From a bacterium (GTDB lineage: Bacteria > Patescibacteriota > Minisyncoccia > Minisyncoccales > RBG-13-42-11): a stretch of DNA of 38,528 nucleotides. Both the position numbers and the translations under genes were made by a program. The notes below the pieces were generated by a model. It had not been told where the DNA came from. It worked only from the letters and a program-made list of their open reading frames with translations, and did no database searches. The DNA is taken from contig JAUSLA010000046.1 of NCBI GenBank assembly GCA_030646565.1, positions 1 to 38,528 on the forward strand, read 5' to 3'. How positions within the stretch are numbered: position 1 is the first letter of the stretch; each line of letters starts with the position of its first letter. This document shows, piece by piece, positions 36,528-38,528 of the stretch.

Positions 36528-36626
36528 ACCAAGTCCTGCAAAGCAGGACGCAGGTGAAAAAGAGTCAAAGAACGTTCGTTCTTTTCCACCCTTCGCTTCG
36601 CTCGGGTGAACGAAGTTCTCTTTGAC
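36528..36626 (+). repeat. Nested two-hairpin repeats between iorA and iorB
   Basis: Outer plus-strand copy with an inverted inner copy at 36564-36607 inserted in AAAGA|GAAC. Confidence 0.88.
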
Positions 36627-38404
36627 TATTTTAAACTCTTTGCGAAAAGAACACACATTCTGCGAGCAATAATCACCGACACTTCTTCTTTCTCCAAAAA
36701 TTCTTTTATTGCGCTTACAAATTCTTCTTGTTTTATCGGGTCAATTACCTTTAGATTTTTTACGCCGCAAGCCCGCACTATATCTTCAATAATTATTGCC
36801 GGCTGGCAACCGTCGCCTTTCGCGGAAAAATCCGGATCAGTAAAACCAAATTTATATTCTGAATTAATTTTTGTTGCCATAGCGGGATTTGGCTGATGGC
36901 CAGTCATCGCTGTTGTCTGGTTATCTAAAATAATAATGAGAGGATTTGATTTATTAAAAATCGTATTAATTAAGGCTGGAATTCCTGCGTGTAAAAAAGT
37001 TGAATCGCCGATAAAGGTAATTAATTTCTGCGAATCGGCTTGCCCTGAGCCGAGACGAAGGGCTTTTTTAATGCCGTGGGCAATGCCAATTGAAGAGCCC
37101 ATGCAAGACAAATAATCTTGCATGCCAATAGCCGGCGTTCCAAACAGCATATAGCAACCGATATCTCCGCCAAAAATGACTTTTGCAGGATCGACAGATT
37201 TTTTGATAGCAGAAACTACCGACCAATAAGAACAGCCGGGACAGAACTGGGGGGACCTCTGCGGAATTTTCGATTTCCAATTTCCAATTACGCAAGCAGT
37301 AGCGAAGCGTGGAGATGAACGAAAGTTCATCGACTTCAATTTATAATTTGTAAATTTAGCTATGGCCGATATAATTATTTCTGGTTTCAATTCTCCGATT
37401 TCGGGCAGTAATTTTTTGCCTACAACTTCTAATTTGCAGTTTGCCTCTTTTGCCAATCTCGCAACTTCATTTTCTAAATATGGCTCTAGTTCCTCAACTA
37501 TTAAAACTTTTTTGAGTCCTCTTAAAAAAGTTTTTATTTTTTGCTCCGGCAAAGGATAAAAAAATCCTAATTTTAAGATCGGTAAATCTAGATCAAGTTC
37601 TTTCAACGCCTCTTTAACGTTGAGATAGGAAACTCCCGAAGTAATAATCCCCGCCTTTTTATTAATGGAGGTCCGACCTCCATCAATTAGATTGACGGAA
37701 GAGTTTTCCGCAAATGCTCTAATTTTTTCAATTTTTTCCAATAACTCTTTCTTCATTTCCAAAACCCTCGGCGGCAGAGTAACAAATTGCTGCGGATTTT
37801 TTATAAACTCTCCCGCTACTAGGTTAAGTTGCGCAATTTTGCCCAATTGGACTGGCATACGCTGATGATTAACTCTGGTGGTTGTTCTAAGTATTATTGG
37901 AATTTTAAATTTTTCAGAAATTTGAAAAGCTAATTTTAAAAAATCTTTGCACTCTTGCGGATCGGCTGGCTCTAATATCGGAATGTGGGCAAGATTAGCA
38001 AACCCCCTGCTGTTTTCTTCCGATTGAGCGGAACTATGGCAAGACGGATCATCGGCAACAACAATCACTGTCGGACCCTTTGTTCCCGTATAAACAAAAG
38101 GCATTAAAGCGTCCAGGCAAACATTCACGCCAAAATTTTTCATTGCTACCAATGTTTTCAATCCGGAAAAAGAAGCTCCAATAGCCGCCTCCAAAGCTGT
38201 TTTTTCATTTACCGAAAATTCAAAATACTCTTTATATTCCTTGTCTTGGGATAGTTTAAAAAATGTATTTCCTATTTCCGAAGCCGGAGTGCCGGGATAC
38301 GTGGAAACAAATTCAACTCCCAATTCTAAAGCCCCCCGAACAATAGCTTCGTTGCCAAGTAGAATGATTTTTTTTCCGGGTTTGTCCAATAAAATATCTT
38401 TCAC
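36626..38404 (-). CDS. iorA: Indolepyruvate:ferredoxin oxidoreductase alpha subunit
   Basis: LLGNEAIVRGA, YPGTPASE, NEKTALE, FCPGC, GDIGCY, GDSTFLHAG and DNQTTAMTGHQ; no C-terminal ferredoxin motif. Confidence 0.93.
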   Translation of the reverse strand: MKDILLDKPGKKIILLGNEAIVRGALELGVEFVSTYPGTPASEIGNTFFKLSQDKEYKEYFEFSVNEKTALEAAIGASFSGLKTLVAMKNFGVNVCLDALMPFVYTGTKGPTVIVVADDPSCHSSAQSEENSRGFANLAHIPILEPADPQECKDFLKLAFQISEKFKIPIILRTTTRVNHQRMPVQLGKIAQLNLVAGEFIKNPQQFVTLPPRVLEMKKELLEKIEKIRAFAENSSVNLIDGGRTSINKKAGIITSGVSYLNVKEALKELDLDLPILKLGFFYPLPEQKIKTFLRGLKKVLIVEELEPYLENEVARLAKEANCKLEVVGKKLLPEIGELKPEIIISAIAKFTNYKLKSMNFRSSPRFATACVIGNWKSKIPQRSPQFCPGCSYWSVVSAIKKSVDPAKVIFGGDIGCYMLFGTPAIGMQDYLSCMGSSIGIAHGIKKALRLGSGQADSQKLITFIGDSTFLHAGIPALINTIFNKSNPLIIILDNQTTAMTGHQPNPAMATKINSEYKFGFTDPDFSAKGDGCQPAIIIEDIVRACGVKNLKVIDPIKQEEFVSAIKEFLEKEEVSVIIARRMCVLFAKSLK

Positions 38405-38438
38405 AAATATTTAACGGCAAGAATTAAACTACTTAAGT

Positions 38439-38528
38439 TTACTCCACGGTTACTGATTTCGCCAAATTTTTCGGCTTATCTACATCGCAACCCTTTAGCG
38501 CTCCCATATAATACGCAAAGAGCTGGAG
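38439..38528 (-). CDS. glmS: Glutamine--fructose-6-phosphate aminotransferase, C-terminal 29 aa (partial)
   Basis: Manual translation LQLFAYYMGALKGCDVDKPKNLAKSVTVE*, the hallmark GlmS C-tail. Confidence 0.92.
   Translation of the reverse strand, partial: LQLFAYYMGALKGCDVDKPKNLAKSVTVE

Noticed and set aside
36528-36626. Repeats as intrinsic terminators or hammerhead ribozymes
   Set aside because: No U-tracts, they occur inside genes in both orientations, and there is no CUGAUGA/GAAA core.
1-38528. Alternative genetic code (TGA read as Gly, as in Gracilibacteria and Absconditabacteria)
   Set aside because: The conserved genes translate full-length with intact motifs in the standard code, with no in-frame TGA interruptions.

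Overview
AT-rich bacterial chromosome segment read with the standard code. Gene content and style suggest Patescibacteria/Parcubacteria (CPR); this is an inference, not a search result. The backbone is housekeeping: htrA, glycosyltransferases, comEC, ftsA-ftsZ, ybeY, yqeY, rpsU, hisS, lepB, pth, a shortened mfd, dprA, topA, tRNA-Leu(CAA), tsaC, a glmU-like gene, yvcK, murA, iorAB and the 3' end of glmS. Three things stand out. (1) About 30 copies of a 45-60 bp two-hairpin repeat with covarying stems and frequent GNA loops; copies nest inside each other and insert in frame into conserved genes (ybeY, pth, comEC, yqeY, topA, iorA). (2) A tandem array of two integrase-less cassettes at the 3' end of tRNA-Leu, each ending in GCACCA and bounded by homologous ends that appear to derive from a serine recombinase; cargo is purD and a predicted secreted protein. 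(3) A Phe/Tyr-rich leader peptide with terminator and antiterminator upstream of a DAHP synthase. Coordinates outside the ORF track were counted by hand and may be off by a few bases.
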